Part shown: positions 39,014 through 51,600 of the stretch, one piece after another
Layout of the letters: the number at the start of each line of letters is the position of its first letter
How positions within the stretch are numbered: the stretch's first letter is position 1
Source: Azolla caroliniana
Lineage: Eukaryota > Plantae > Polypodiophyta
NCBI GenBank assembly: GCA_043228905.1
Contig: JBHGNT010000006.1
Span: 10,416,001-10,480,000 of the forward strand
Length of the DNA: 64,000 nucleotides
Reading direction: 5' to 3'
Notes under the pieces: generated by a model
The model's database searches: none
What the model was told of the DNA's origin: nothing
What the model saw: only the letters and a program-made list of their open reading frames with translations
Made by a program: the position numbers and the translations under genes

Positions 39014-39187
39014 TGGACAAGCCCCCGATTGCTCGGGAAAGGATTGGTCAGTGACCGCCGAGTCGGAAGTTCCTTCGACTGGCTCAGGGCGTCAGGCAGG
39101 TGGCCGAGACCTCGTGGTGCGAGAGGGTGCCGTAACGGCGGCTGGTGGTTACCTTCAACGAAATTCGTTGTGCACTCACAGATGTAA

Positions 39188-39199
39188 CCGGGTGTGCCA
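39188..39199 (-). other. PBS of element G (tRNA-Arg)
   Basis: Minus strand TGGCACACCCGG, 5 nt from the 5' LTR; matches the recalled plant tRNA-Arg(UCU) end ...CCGGGTGTGCCA. Confidence 0.75.
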
Positions 39200-42100
39200 A
39201 ATTGTGTTGCCCGTTCCTTTGGGTGAACACATTCGATAGATCTGCGTCTATCGGTCTTCAAGGGCGTGGTACGTGAAGGCTCGTACCGAGGCGTCGAGAG
39301 AGATACAGGGCTCAGAGAGAAAAACACTAGCCAGGCTTTGATAGACGTGGCGGCGTGAAACTCATAGGTATAGATCGAAACACAGACTCATGCAGCAAAA
39401 TCGGCACAATTGAGATATATTACTATGGCAGAAAAAGGATTACAGAACACGGTCTATGGCCGGTTACCTTACAAGTTTATCTAATTCGAATGACTAAGCT
39501 AGTGCTTCCGCCTATAATTTTCTTCACTCTCTCCCTATTCTGAGGTACTGCTCCTCGTTTAAATAACTTTTCCCCTAACACACAGCCGAGCCATCGGTGG
39601 CCCGTGATACTCGGACTCGGCGTTTGCTAATTTCCTAATTTTACATTTCTGTCCTCTGGATGAACGCGTCGAACTTGTTCTGGAGTGTTTTTGCATTTTT
39701 CGGAGTCATGGCCCGAACATCTTTCTTGTCATCCGAGGACTATCGAAGTTCGAACCGGAACCGCTCGATCTCCGTTTCCGCATTTGTTGCCGCTTTCTTA
39801 GCTTTGGCCGCTATTGCATGCTATTGCATGTTGGGCCTCCACCTCCTCTCGTAATGCCTAGCTTTCATCCGTGGAAGAGCCTTTTGAGGGTGCCGCCGCT
39901 ATGGTGTCTTGCAGTTTTCGCAAGCGTAATGTCCGCCGGTTGTTCCACAATGTGCCTCTCGAAGGATCATCGGTTTTTTGTCACTATGGATGCAGCGGTG
40001 CCAAATGCCTTCATCGCCTTTGTGGTAGAACATCCCCTCTGACATGCAAAAAATTTGGTTGTGGACTGCCAACCACTTCTTCTCGTCAATCCTCATTTGC
40101 GGGGGAGGTAATCCCGTAGTCCAAAAATGACTCATCTCATCGAGCTATTTGTCTTCTAGGAACACAATGTTCATTCTTGCCTCGGCTGCCAAAATTTGTA
40201 ATATGCCGTTGTTCAGAAAATCATCATAATAGCCCGCAATGACTTCTCCGTTCTTGATGCGTCTTAGGTAGTCCACTATGGCGTGCTAAGTTCCTGGCCT
40301 ATGTTGTATCTCAAATATCTGTCTTGCCAACTTGCCCGTGAGAGTTTGCTTGGAGACAAGGAGGGCCGCATGGCCAACATAGAACATGAATTTCCGGCCC
40401 AATAGGTAGTGTCAGAATTTGTTTATGCTATAAATCATACCTAGGCTTCGCGTTTGGTCATAGAGTAATTTCATTCGGTGGCCAAAAGCTTTTGGCTCAT
40501 ATAGTAGACAAACTGATACCAGTTTGGCTTAATTAGCTGCATTACTACAATCCTGATTGCAATGTCCGACGTGTTGACAAACACGTGGAACTGATGCGTT
40601 CAATTTGGAGGTTGGACGACCGATGATTGTGTTAACATTACTTTCAGGGCCATGTAGGCTTTGTCTTCTATTTCCATCCATTTGAATAGTGTACGATGTA
40701 CTTCTACATGCAATGGCATAGCAAAGTTGGCTAGGTAGTGTAACATCCGACTATGCCATCCGATTTGTCCGAGGAAGCGGCTTTGGGCTTTTGCATTTTT
40801 CGGGGCCGACGCTTCAATGATTGCCTTGATTTTTCCTGGGTCAACCGTGTTAGAAATATTGAGAATCGATTAGATAGGTATATAGAGTTATAACCACAGA
40901 GATGGATATATGAAAACAAAACTTCTATTACATATGAGAGCAACTCACAATGGTAGTTCACCCATGCGCTCACACCTTAGAGCTTGGATGAGATTGGGAC
41001 CAACTCCCTACAAAATTAGTGGGGACTGATGATCAATCCAACCACTATGTAAGAAAGTGGATTATATTCTATGTTTGGGACTCTGAGTATAACATTAAAT
41101 GTGCAAGTCAGTTGATAGTATTAGAGATATTCCTTTTCTATCAACTGACGTGTCGTTTAATATGACCCAACTCCCTAGATACAACCTAATGCTAGATAAT
41201 ACTTATCTTGAAGTCAATGGAACATACTTCAAGACTAAGTACATCGTAACCTGCTCACAAAATATTCTAGGTGACTTGATTAGCCAATCCTATTACCTAT
41301 TTCGCTCTTTAATAAATCCATTGTGTCCTACGCATCTACGGTTTCCTAGATTAACACCTTATCGATCCATATGGTCGAATTGCACACTAGCCGCTCCTCA
41401 TTTGGGGCACTATCACAAAATGTGCACTCTAAGAGCACATATGGGGATAGATTTACAACTTGGGGATGATCATTGATTATATCAAACATGCCACCACAAT
41501 GGTCAACCCATTGAGTTCACATGGAATTAGGTCAACTCCTAGTCGTTGAAGGTGTTGTTGTAGTTGTTCTGCTCCAAGTATCTTTGTGAATATGTCCACA
41601 ACATTTTCTGATGTCGGATAGTACTCAAGCTCCACAATCTTATCATTTACTAACTCCCGCCAACACTATGACCATTCAACAGAGAATCCCCATTTATTAA
41701 CTTCCTCTTGAAGCAGCCAACACTATGACCATTCAAATGGTTGTCATGCAAGCTGTCGGGGCAAATGTTTCTTGTACATCGAACCCTTCAATTTGGGAGT
41801 ATTCTTGTGCTACTAGCCTAGCCTTAAATTTCTCCAAAGAACCATCGACTTTATACTTTACTTTCCACACCCACTTGGTGCCTATCACCTTGCTCTTTGT
41901 TGGCCTCTCTACCACCCCCCACATGTCATTTTTCATGATGCTATCGTATTCTTATATCATCGCCTCTTTCCACTTCGGGTCGGCCATGGCTTCCTCCACC
42001 AAGGTCAGCTCACTCACTAAGCCTATGATGTCCACCATTAGAGCCATGCTGACAATGTGGTGAGAGATTCTCCTTTTCTCTTGTTTTGTTCTTGATCTTC

Positions 42101-45100
42101 GTAATCCATCAGTTGAAGTTTCAGGAAACTCAACTTTAGGAGTATGGTCATTGAAGAGTTGTTGAGCCCACTTAGGTATTTTCCTTAAATGTGGCACTGG
42201 CATAGGCTGAACTAGTAAGCCATTACCATCAAATGGTTCAACTTTCTTTCCTGGACATTGGGTCGGGATTGGGTGGAATACTTCTTTAGTTGATGAGATT
42301 ACTTGAGAATTGTCGTTCTCAGCTAGTTGTGGTCGTTCCTCATCGAACACCACGTTGTGGCTTGTCAATACCTTTCTTGCCTCTGGATCGTAGAGTCGAT
42401 AGGCCTTTGACTCTCCACTATATTTGAGAAAGATACACTTCTTGCTTCTGGCATCCATCTTCTTTTTGCTCACATCTAGAACATGTGTGTAGCACGTACA
42501 CCCAAAGGTTGTGCCTTCAACATACACCTAGCCATCTCGACACCTGTTTGGGTTCGACGTTCGACAACGCCATTTTGTTGTGGGGTGTCGGCAGTTGTAA
42601 GTTGGCGCTTAATTCCATGCTCTTTGCAATACTCACAGAATTCTATTGATAAGAATTCTCCACTTCGATCAAAGCGTAATTCCTTCACTAACTTTCCGGA
42701 CTCCCACTCGACAAACTTGTGTCATCTTTTGAAGATTATAAAAGCTTCAGCCTTCTCCCGAAAGAAGTAAACCCACATCTTTCTACTGAAGTCGTCAAAT
42801 ACTAGCATATAGTAGAGAGATCCACCCATTGCAAGAGTCACCATTTTTCCAGAGAGGTCGATGTGTATTAGCTGTAGAGGAGTCTTTGTCCGATTTTGAC
42901 TCTCTTTTGGAATGTCTGATCTTTGATGCTTGCCCATCATACAAGCATCACAAACATGGCTTAAGTCAGATAGGGTTGGCAACCCAACTACCATATTCGT
43001 CTTCTTCATCTCCTTCAACACAATAACATTGAGATGCCCAAATCTCTCATGCCATTGGTTTGTGTTAGTACTTGTGTTATGGTCAGTAGAAATTGTAAAC
43101 GCGCTCAACTCATAGAGACTGTTGCGCCTTACCCCTAATCCTACAACTTTGCCAGTACAATTTGTTATTTCTGCACCCGACTTCTTGAATCGAACATCAA
43201 GAACACTTGAGATTCTTCTTGAGATCTGGCACGTACAACATTTGAGAGAGATGTTTTGTCCCGCCGGATGTTTCTTTAAGGGAGATGGTTCCTGTTCCTT
43301 TGGCTAGGCATCGAGCATTGTTCCCGACCACAACATTGATGGACTCTTGTAGAGGTGCCCAACAACTGTACCAATCATGATTATTGGTCATATGTCAATA
43401 TGTTCCACTATCGAGAATCGAAGAGTCGGCAACAACTTGAGTGTCAACTATAGGACACACTTCTTCAATTGAGACCCATAACTCAACCTCATCTACGACA
43501 TTGTTGGCGGACTCAGGCTCTCTCTAAGAAGTCTTACTAGAACCATTCTTCTCATCCACCATCTTCTTCCGACAATCCTTGATTGTGTGACCCTTCTTGT
43601 CATAGTAGAAACACGATGCATTGAACTTCTTCTTCTTTGGTATCCTATTCACATAGTTTGAATTGGATGCCCCTTCACCTTTAGTCCTAGAGACAAATGC
43701 CGAATCTTCCCTTCATTCTCTTGTCTTCAGCCGAAGCTCCTCTTCAAGCAGCATTGCACTTAGTTCATCAAAATTTAAAGGAGTGGGTCGAAACTGAGTG
43801 TTCAATGCTCTTACAATGCCATCATACTTGGAAGGAAGTACTCGAATGCACTGGCAAGCCATATCCTATAGAGAGACGACTAATCCAACAACCGTCAGCT
43901 GATCTTGAAGATCCTTAATCCTTTTTACAAAGGATTCTACTTTCTCTCCATTAGGGAGCTTCTCTGCATCAAGCTGATTTTCGAGGTTTTGTATCCTTGT
44001 ATAGATTTTGGTTTCATACTGGTTGGCCAATATGCTCCAAGCTTCATGTGCCCTGGTTGTATGTTGCACTAATGTTAGTACATAGTCACATAGACCAGTG
44101 ACATCACTAATGTTGGTACACAACGCATCAACATTCCTTCCCTTCGAGGCTCGAAGTAGATCAACATTTGGAGGCATTGATGTGGTAGGGTGTGTAGGGT
44201 CAAAGGTGACCATGGGCTCAGGGTCTCCTGCTATGGGTCCCATGATTTTCTCCAACAACTCATAGGATTCCAAAATGGTAGACATTTTGAACTTCCATAG
44301 AGTGTATGTTAAAAGTCTATTACTAATCAATAGACCAAGGTAGGGTAAAAGAAGGAAAATAGATTGCATGGAAGAACCCGTTCCACCCGACCACCCCCGA
44401 GCTATGATTCAGACATAGCAAACCTACCATCGACGTCCCATACCGCCGGATATTAGGATGACTAATACCTTGGAAGAGATAAACATAATCGTCGAGACGA
44501 AAGCCTAGCCCACACCACCGGTGTCTAAGATAGCAGTCTTCCAATGTAATGTCCTTACGAGGGTAGCTAAGCGTCATATTTATACCTTTTCCTAGGCCCC
44601 TTGAATACATGTGCCTTTATAAAAGGGTCTCCATTCATTGGTTCCCCAAATCATGATAGTGCATGCACCTATCATTCCTTCTATCCAATCACATTAGCCC
44701 CCTTTTTAACATTAGTGAACATATCCTTCAGTAACGTAAATATTAGTGACCTATCCTCACCAACGTTATGTGTACATAACATACTCCCCTACTTTAAAAG
44801 ATTGCACTCTTGCAATATGAAGTGAGGAAATTGTGCCTTAAGAGTATGATTGTGTTCCCATGTGGCATCATCAATAGGTTTATCCATCCATTTGATCTTG
44901 AATAGCCGAATCTCTTTAGAACGTCAACGTTTAGTACAAGAATCAAGAATTCATTCAGGAACATGAGGTTTGTAAGAAAAATTCTCTAATGTTACAAAAT
45001 CTTGGATTGTGACGGTGTTATCACCAGAGCCTAAAAATGGTTTTAGACGACTTACGTCAAAAACAAGATGAATACTAATGTTAGGGGTAAGGCAAGGTGA

Positions 45101-47407
45101 TAAGCAGATGACCCAACTTGCTTAAGGATTTCAAATGGGCCATAATATTGTGGGGCTAACTTAGCGCACTTGCCCGTAGACAATGACGTAGAGTCAGAGG
45201 GACATGCAAAAAAAAATTTGACCAATAGTAAATGCACGAGGACGTCTCTCCTGATGAACATAAAATTGAGCATGATCTTGAGATGTCTTGACATTTTCTT
45301 TGGCAATATGCAACATTTGGTTCATGTATTGCAAAAAATTGTGTGTATTGTCTAATGTATCACGATGCATCGTGACATTGACTGGGGTAGGTGGTTGAAA
45401 ACCATACATCAACATAAAAGAACTATATCCATTGGATGTATGTTTAGAGCTATTATAGGCAAATTCTAAGATAGGATATAGGAAGGTATTGCTCACACTT
45501 AGAAGGGGTTTTTGCTACATAAGCTCGAAGCATGTCCTCAATAATTTGATTAACTCGTTCAGTTTTTCCATCAGACTGAGGATGATCTATGGAACTCATG
45601 CTCAATGTAGTTTGTAGTTTCTTAAAGACTTGAGTCCAAAAGTCACTAGTAAACTTGGAATCTCGATCATTAACAATATCCATAGGTAATTCATAAAAAC
45701 AAAATAACACATCAACAAATTGATAAGCCAATTATTGAGTGGTTACCATGGTTTTGGTAGGAATAAATCTAGCCAATTTTGTTAGTCTGTGAACGACAAC
45801 CCAAATGGCATTATGTAAACTAACAATAAAATCCATCGAGATACTTTCCCATTTGTTGTTAGGAATATCTAAGGGATGTAAAAGACCAGCAACTTTAAGT
45901 CATTCAGACTTATTAATCTGACATTGTAAGCATTGAGTTACATAACGTCAGAGCGCATCTTAGGCTAGAAAAAAGTACTCGAGATGAGAACAAGTGTGCG
46001 TTGTATTCCAAGATGACCCGCAGATGGTGCATCATGACATTCATAAAGAATTTTCGGTTTTACGTTTGGTAAATCTGGAACATGGACCTTTCCACTACGG
46101 TAGAGCAAACAGTTTGTAATGTGAACGATAGCCTTCAAGGCTAGGGGTGCTAGTAATAGCATCTAAACCAGATTCGGCTTTCATCCAATAGTTTGAGAAA
46201 TAACTATCATCAAGGTATTTCCCTCGAAGGTGATCTAAAGGATTATATTTTATTTCTGTGAAGCTCAGCATGTTAACTTCTTTAATGCGACTAAGAGCAT
46301 CTGCAACGATGTTCATAGAACCCTTGCGATATCGTATGGAAAAATCAAAATCTTGTATAAGGTCAGCGCAACAACCTTTACGACCAACAAGATCTGGCTA
46401 GTCACAAAAATACTTCAATGATTGATGGTTTGTTGTAACCACAAATTTATTTCCATAGAGATAGTGCCTCCATGTTTGAAGTGCATGTATTACCTCAAAC
46501 AACTCTTTCTCTTGAACTGAAAACTGAGATTGACCAACATCAAGCTTCTTATTTTCAAAAGCAATAGGGTGACTGGTTTGACATATTTACGTGAATGACC
46601 TTTTAAATGGTCATATAATGGCGTAGTCAATTTGGAATAGTTACGAATTGATTTTCGTAAAAATCCAACAAACCCTAAGAATGATCGCAGTTCACGAATA
46701 TTACGAGGAATGGGCCAAAGTTTAACCTTTTCAATACGAGAAGGTTTAATTTCAACATCATTTTCCGTGATTAAATGACCTAGATGCAAAATAGATTTTT
46801 GGAAAAAATAACATTTTGAATGTTTTGCATAGAAAGAGTTGTCACGCAACTTTTGCAAAACAAATCGAACATGTTGAACATGATCTTGCAAGGTAAGGCT
46901 ATATATCAAAATATCATCCAAGAAGCCGACAATAAAATCACTGAGTTGATCTCGGAAAACGTCATTCATGGCTTGTTGGTGTCATGATATGGCAAGACTC
47001 AAACCCATGACCTTATGCTACATGGGTCGAGCTCTTACCATTAGACTATGAATTGTATTTTGTAGGATATTATTTTCATTTATACTTTATCATAGAAAAT
47101 TGATGTATATTCCAGATCTCTCTGGAACATTCTAGAAGCTTCAGGATTATTCCTAAAAACACTATAAAAGAAGGCACAAGGCATTGTTTTGAACCAAATT
47201 GGTTCAACACCAGTCTTAAGCCTCTTAGTCGATTTGTACTTATCTTTCATATAATATAAGAGCTGCTGTCATCATCCTATTTCTCTCTCTCTCCTCTTCT
47301 CACTTCCTCTCTCTCGGGAATCTTACGCAGTCCCGTCCTCTTAGTACTAATAGTACTACTCTTCTTAGTACTAATTCCATCTCTGTTTTAGTACTATTCC
47401 TGACAGT

Positions 47408-47419
47408 TTGAACCAATTT
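47408..47419 (+). other. Self-priming PBS of element D
   Basis: TTGAACCAATTT is complementary to AAATTGGTTCAA at 47196-47207, 33 nt after TATAAAA at 47163; no TGG-type tRNA PBS. Confidence 0.75.
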
Positions 47420-47474
47420 TTCCCTCTAGCCTACTTGTCACTCTCCCTCATCCTCCTACCCTTTCCCCTATACT

Positions 47475-48632
47475 ATGGCTACTGTTAGCGCCCAAGAATA
47501 CCAATCCGTTTTCTCCGAGCTACAGTGCCTAAAAGAAAAGTTTGTTGCCTTGGAACAAGAAAACCAACGGCTGATAGGGGATCTGCAACAAATCGCTCTA
47601 GAAAAACAACAAACGCAACAATAACATGGGGAGTTAGCGTTACGGGTACAACAACTCGAAGCAGCGTTGCAACAACAAGGATCCAGTCCCCAAGGATTTC
47701 ATAAAGAGCCCAAGATTGAACTTCCTGTGAAATTTGATGGAACGCATTCGCAATTTCGGGGATTCCTTAATCAGGTACGCTTAGTCATCCAGATGCATCC
47801 TTCCCGATATCCCACTGATGCATCTCGAGTCGGCCTAATAGGCACGCTACTTAGCGGCTCAGCCTTGGCATGGTTCGCTCCGCTTCTAGAAAAACAATCG
47901 CCCTTGCTTAATAACTTTGAAGATTTTATTGGTGAGTTTAAAGTCTGCTTTGGAGACACCGACAGCATCAGGACGGCGATCAACAAGATCCGGCGATTGC
48001 GTCAAGGCGATCGTCCAGCCTCTGCCTACGCGGCGGATTTCCGCCTACTTGCTTCAGATATACCCTGGGATGATCAAGCACTAATGGAGCAGTTTCGCTA
48101 TGGCTTGCGAAACGATGTCAAAGATCTACTTCTAACTTTCCCTGAAGAACCAAAGTCTCTTACGGAGGCAATCAGTCGGGCAGTTCGATGTGACAACCGC
48201 CTTTTTGAACGGCGTTCAGAACGTCAATTACAGATACCACGCTCTAGGCCAGAGCCCACTTACGCCGCAGTCGCGGCTAAACCGTTTGCACGAGACATAC
48301 CTCAAGCAAATACTTCGACACCGATGGAGATCGATACCATGCGTCGACGCGGCCCGTTATCGGAAGAAGAAAAGCAACGACGACGTGCCAATCGATTATG
48401 CCTTTATTGCGGTGGACCAGGACATATCGCCATCAATTGTCCCCATAGGCCAAGAAGACAGGTAAATCAAATCGTCGCCTGTACTAAACCTGAGTCAATT
48501 CTTCCCTTCGGAGTGTCTGATAGTAGTAATAGTACTAATAGAGTGTCAGATAGTATTCATAGTACTAATAGCCCAAGTATCTCAAATAAATTTGAAATCC
48601 TTAGTCAATTAGATGAAGAGTTAAACGATTGA
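47475..48632 (+). pseudogene. gag: Element D gag with one premature stop (TAA 47622-47624)
   Basis: ATG 47475 is in frame with ORF 47667-48632 and matches the D2 start at 60161; PVKFDG...FRGFLNQ, CLYCGGPGHIAINC. Confidence 0.88.
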
Positions 48633-51600
48633 GTCCAGCCAAAATAGGAGCCATTTGGTTGGACAGCAGCCCTAGATCTGTACAGCCCATTAGTGGTTCC
48701 ATTCCTTCCAAGCAAGTTAGCAATGTGTTCCTAGCCCAAGTCATTGTTAGTACTAAAAGTACTCCCCCAGTACCCGTCCTAGCACTTTTAGATTCCGGAG
48801 CTAATTCCTGTTTCATGGATCGAAATTTTGCCCAAGCTTCTCAGATATCCTTAAGAAAACTTCCTTGTCCCGCATCTGTAGTGGTCATTGATGGTCGTCC
48901 CATTGCTTCCGGGAATATTGTAGAAGAATCAGAACCCATTCAAGTTGTCCTAGGTAGTTTTGTGTGTATAATATCATTTAATATAATTAGTAGTCCAGAG
49001 CATCCCATTGTCCTAGGATTACCTTGGCTTGAATTACATAATCCAGCCATAGATTGGAGAACAAGAGAAGTCCGATATCGACCACCCCAAGAATCAACTC
49101 GCCGAGTTTCGACCATTTCACTCCATCAACTACGCGAAGAAGGACCCAAGGAGGCAATGTTCCTATTTTCCATATCAGTACATCCTTCCAGCACTATTAA
49201 GAAGGACTCCTCAGTACAACTTCCGGCAAAATATCATCCTTATGCCGATGTATTTGACAAGGTAAAAGCCGGTACCCTTCCTCATCACCGTCCCTATGAC
49301 TGTCCCATCGATTTACAACCAGGAACCGAGCCACCATGGGGACCAATTTACAACCTGTCACCCACCGAGTTAGAAGTCCTTCGAGCCTACATAGAGGAGA
49401 ACTTGGCAAGCGGGTTCATCCGTCATTCGAAATCTCCGGCCGGTGCACCCATCTTCTTTGTCAAGAAGAAAGATGGCTCACTTCGTCTTGTCGTTGATTA
49501 CCGCGGATTAAATAAAGTCACCATCCGGAATAGGTATGCACTTCCTCTTATATCAAGTCTTTTAGAGCGAGTTAATGGTGCCAAGTTTTTTACTAAAATC
49601 GACCTACGCGGAGCGTATAATCTCGTGCGGATCCGACCGGGAGATGAGTGGAAGACCGCTTTTCGCACGCGGTATGGGCATTTCGAGTATACTGTTATGC
49701 CGTTTGGCCTAACCAATGCACCCGCAGTCTTCCAACACATGGCAAATGATATATTCAGAGACCTCTTGGATATCTGTTTGATCATTTATCTGGATGATCT
49801 GTTGATTTATTCGAAGACCCAGGAAGAGCACGATTCTCATGTACTATTAGTACTAAAGCGACTCCGCGAAAATGGTCTTTATGCCAAGCTAGAAAAATGT
49901 AGCTTTGACTGCAAGCAAGTGGAATTTCTAGGCTACGTCATCTCCTCAAAGGGCATCGCCATGGATCCAGCTAAGATCCAAACTGTACTAGAGTGGCAAA
50001 TTCCACGGTCGGTACGAGATGTACAATGTTTTCTAGGTTTTGCTAACTTCTACCGTAAGTTTATACAGGATTACTCGAAGATTATTTTACCTCTCACACA
50101 ACTTACGAAGAAGGGCCAAGCATTTCTTTGGTCCATTGAAGCAGATATGGCTTTTCGGCATCTTAAGAAAGCCTTTACATCAGCACCGATTCTAGCTCAT
50201 GTGGATACAAGCAAACCATTCATCATGGAGGCCGATGCATCAGATTTCGCCCTCGGTAGCATCCTTTCTCAACAAGGTGATAAAGAAGAGTTGCATCCGG
50301 TGGCTTTCCATTCGCGCAAATTCGATGTCGCAGAAATCAACTACGAAATACATGACAAGGAGTTATTAGCCATCGTGGATTCATTTGTACAATGGCGGCA
50401 TTTCTTAGAGGGCTCTCCACATCAGGTCATTGTCTTCAGCGATCATAAAAATCTTGCTTATTTTCAGAACGCTCGCGTACTAAATCGACGGCAAGCTCGG
50501 TGGGCGCAATTCCTCACGCGTTTCGACTTCAAAATCACATATCGACCGGGGAAGCAGCAAGGAAAAGCAGATGCACTATCACGACGTTCATATCTTGCAC
50601 CTCGTCCTGGTGACGCAACATTTGATAATCAAAAGCAAGTAATCTTGGGACCAACACGATTGCACACGACGCGGATTTTTCACACCCCGATGGATTCACG
50701 GATTACCGATGACATACGTGCAACCTTGAAGACGGATAGTTTTGCTCAAGACATCCTGGCGCACATTGATACTTCTCGGGCATCCTGTTCTCAGTCTCAA
50801 CAACCAGGTATTGACTACCGACAATTCGAATATCATGATGGTTTGTTATTCTTTAAAAAGCGCGTATATGTCAACGATTGCTCCTGTCGCCTTCAAATTG
50901 TCCAACATTGTCACGACACCCATACGGCGGGACATTTCGATAGTACTAAGACGTTGGAGCTAGTGCAGCGATCTTTTTGGTGGCCCCACATGCGCCGTTT
51001 TGTCGACGACTACGTTCGGACCTGTGATGCTTGCTGCCGAGCAAAGATGCCACGACACCATCCATATGGCTTGTTGGAACCTTTACCAATTCCAAGTAAG
51101 CCATGGCAGTCTATTTATCTTGATTTTATCACAGATCTGCCGGTCTCGAAAGGGTTCGATGCTATCCTAACCGTCGTCGATCGATATACGAAGATGGCAC
51201 ATTTTGTGCCATGTACTAAAGCCATCACTAGCGAGGAAACCGCCGCTCTTGTTATGCGTGAGGTTTTTCGGCATCATGGCCTCCCAGACAGTATTATCAG
51301 TGACCGAGGCCCGCAATTTGTCTCCAAATTTTGGCAGCATCTCTTCAAGATGCTCAAGGTCTCCTGCAACCTCTCCTCCGGCTACCATCCTCAGACCGAC
51401 GGACAGGCGGAACGAACAAACCAAACGCTGGAGCAATATCTCCGGTGTTTCCTGAGTTATCAACAGGACGATTGGGCCGAGATTCTCCACTTTGCGGAGT
51501 TTGCGTATAATAATGCTATTCACTCCTCGACTCGGGTCTCCCCATTTTTCGCTTATACAGGTTTCCATCCTCGCTGGTCGGTGATCGACACTCCGGAGCT

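Larger units (their letters stand above)
29511..39660 (-). mobile_element. Non-chromovirus Ty3/Gypsy element G, full length, with an extra ORF downstream of pol
   Basis: LTRs 29511-29971 and 39205-39660 (about 13 substitutions by eye); right terminus and most of TSD GCGAT lost by a small deletion; gag-PR-RT-RH-INT on minus. Confidence 0.92.
28200..40847 (-). mobile_element. Gypsy element H, a decayed G-family relative split by G
   Basis: LTR remnant 28200-28544 ending CCAACA; coiled-coil ORF remnants read through the G insertion site (DAF/IAQN); RNase H and integrase remnants at 39880-40847 resemble G pol. Confidence 0.7.

Noticed and set aside
29511-39660. G as a plus-strand element with an ordinary PBS at 29974
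   Set aside because: All coding domains are on minus, and the opposite junction has a PBS rather than a PPT
41107-41149. 12-bp inverted repeat in the L LTR as a terminator or ncRNA
   Set aside because: Single occurrence, no second LTR copy available for comparison, no other support
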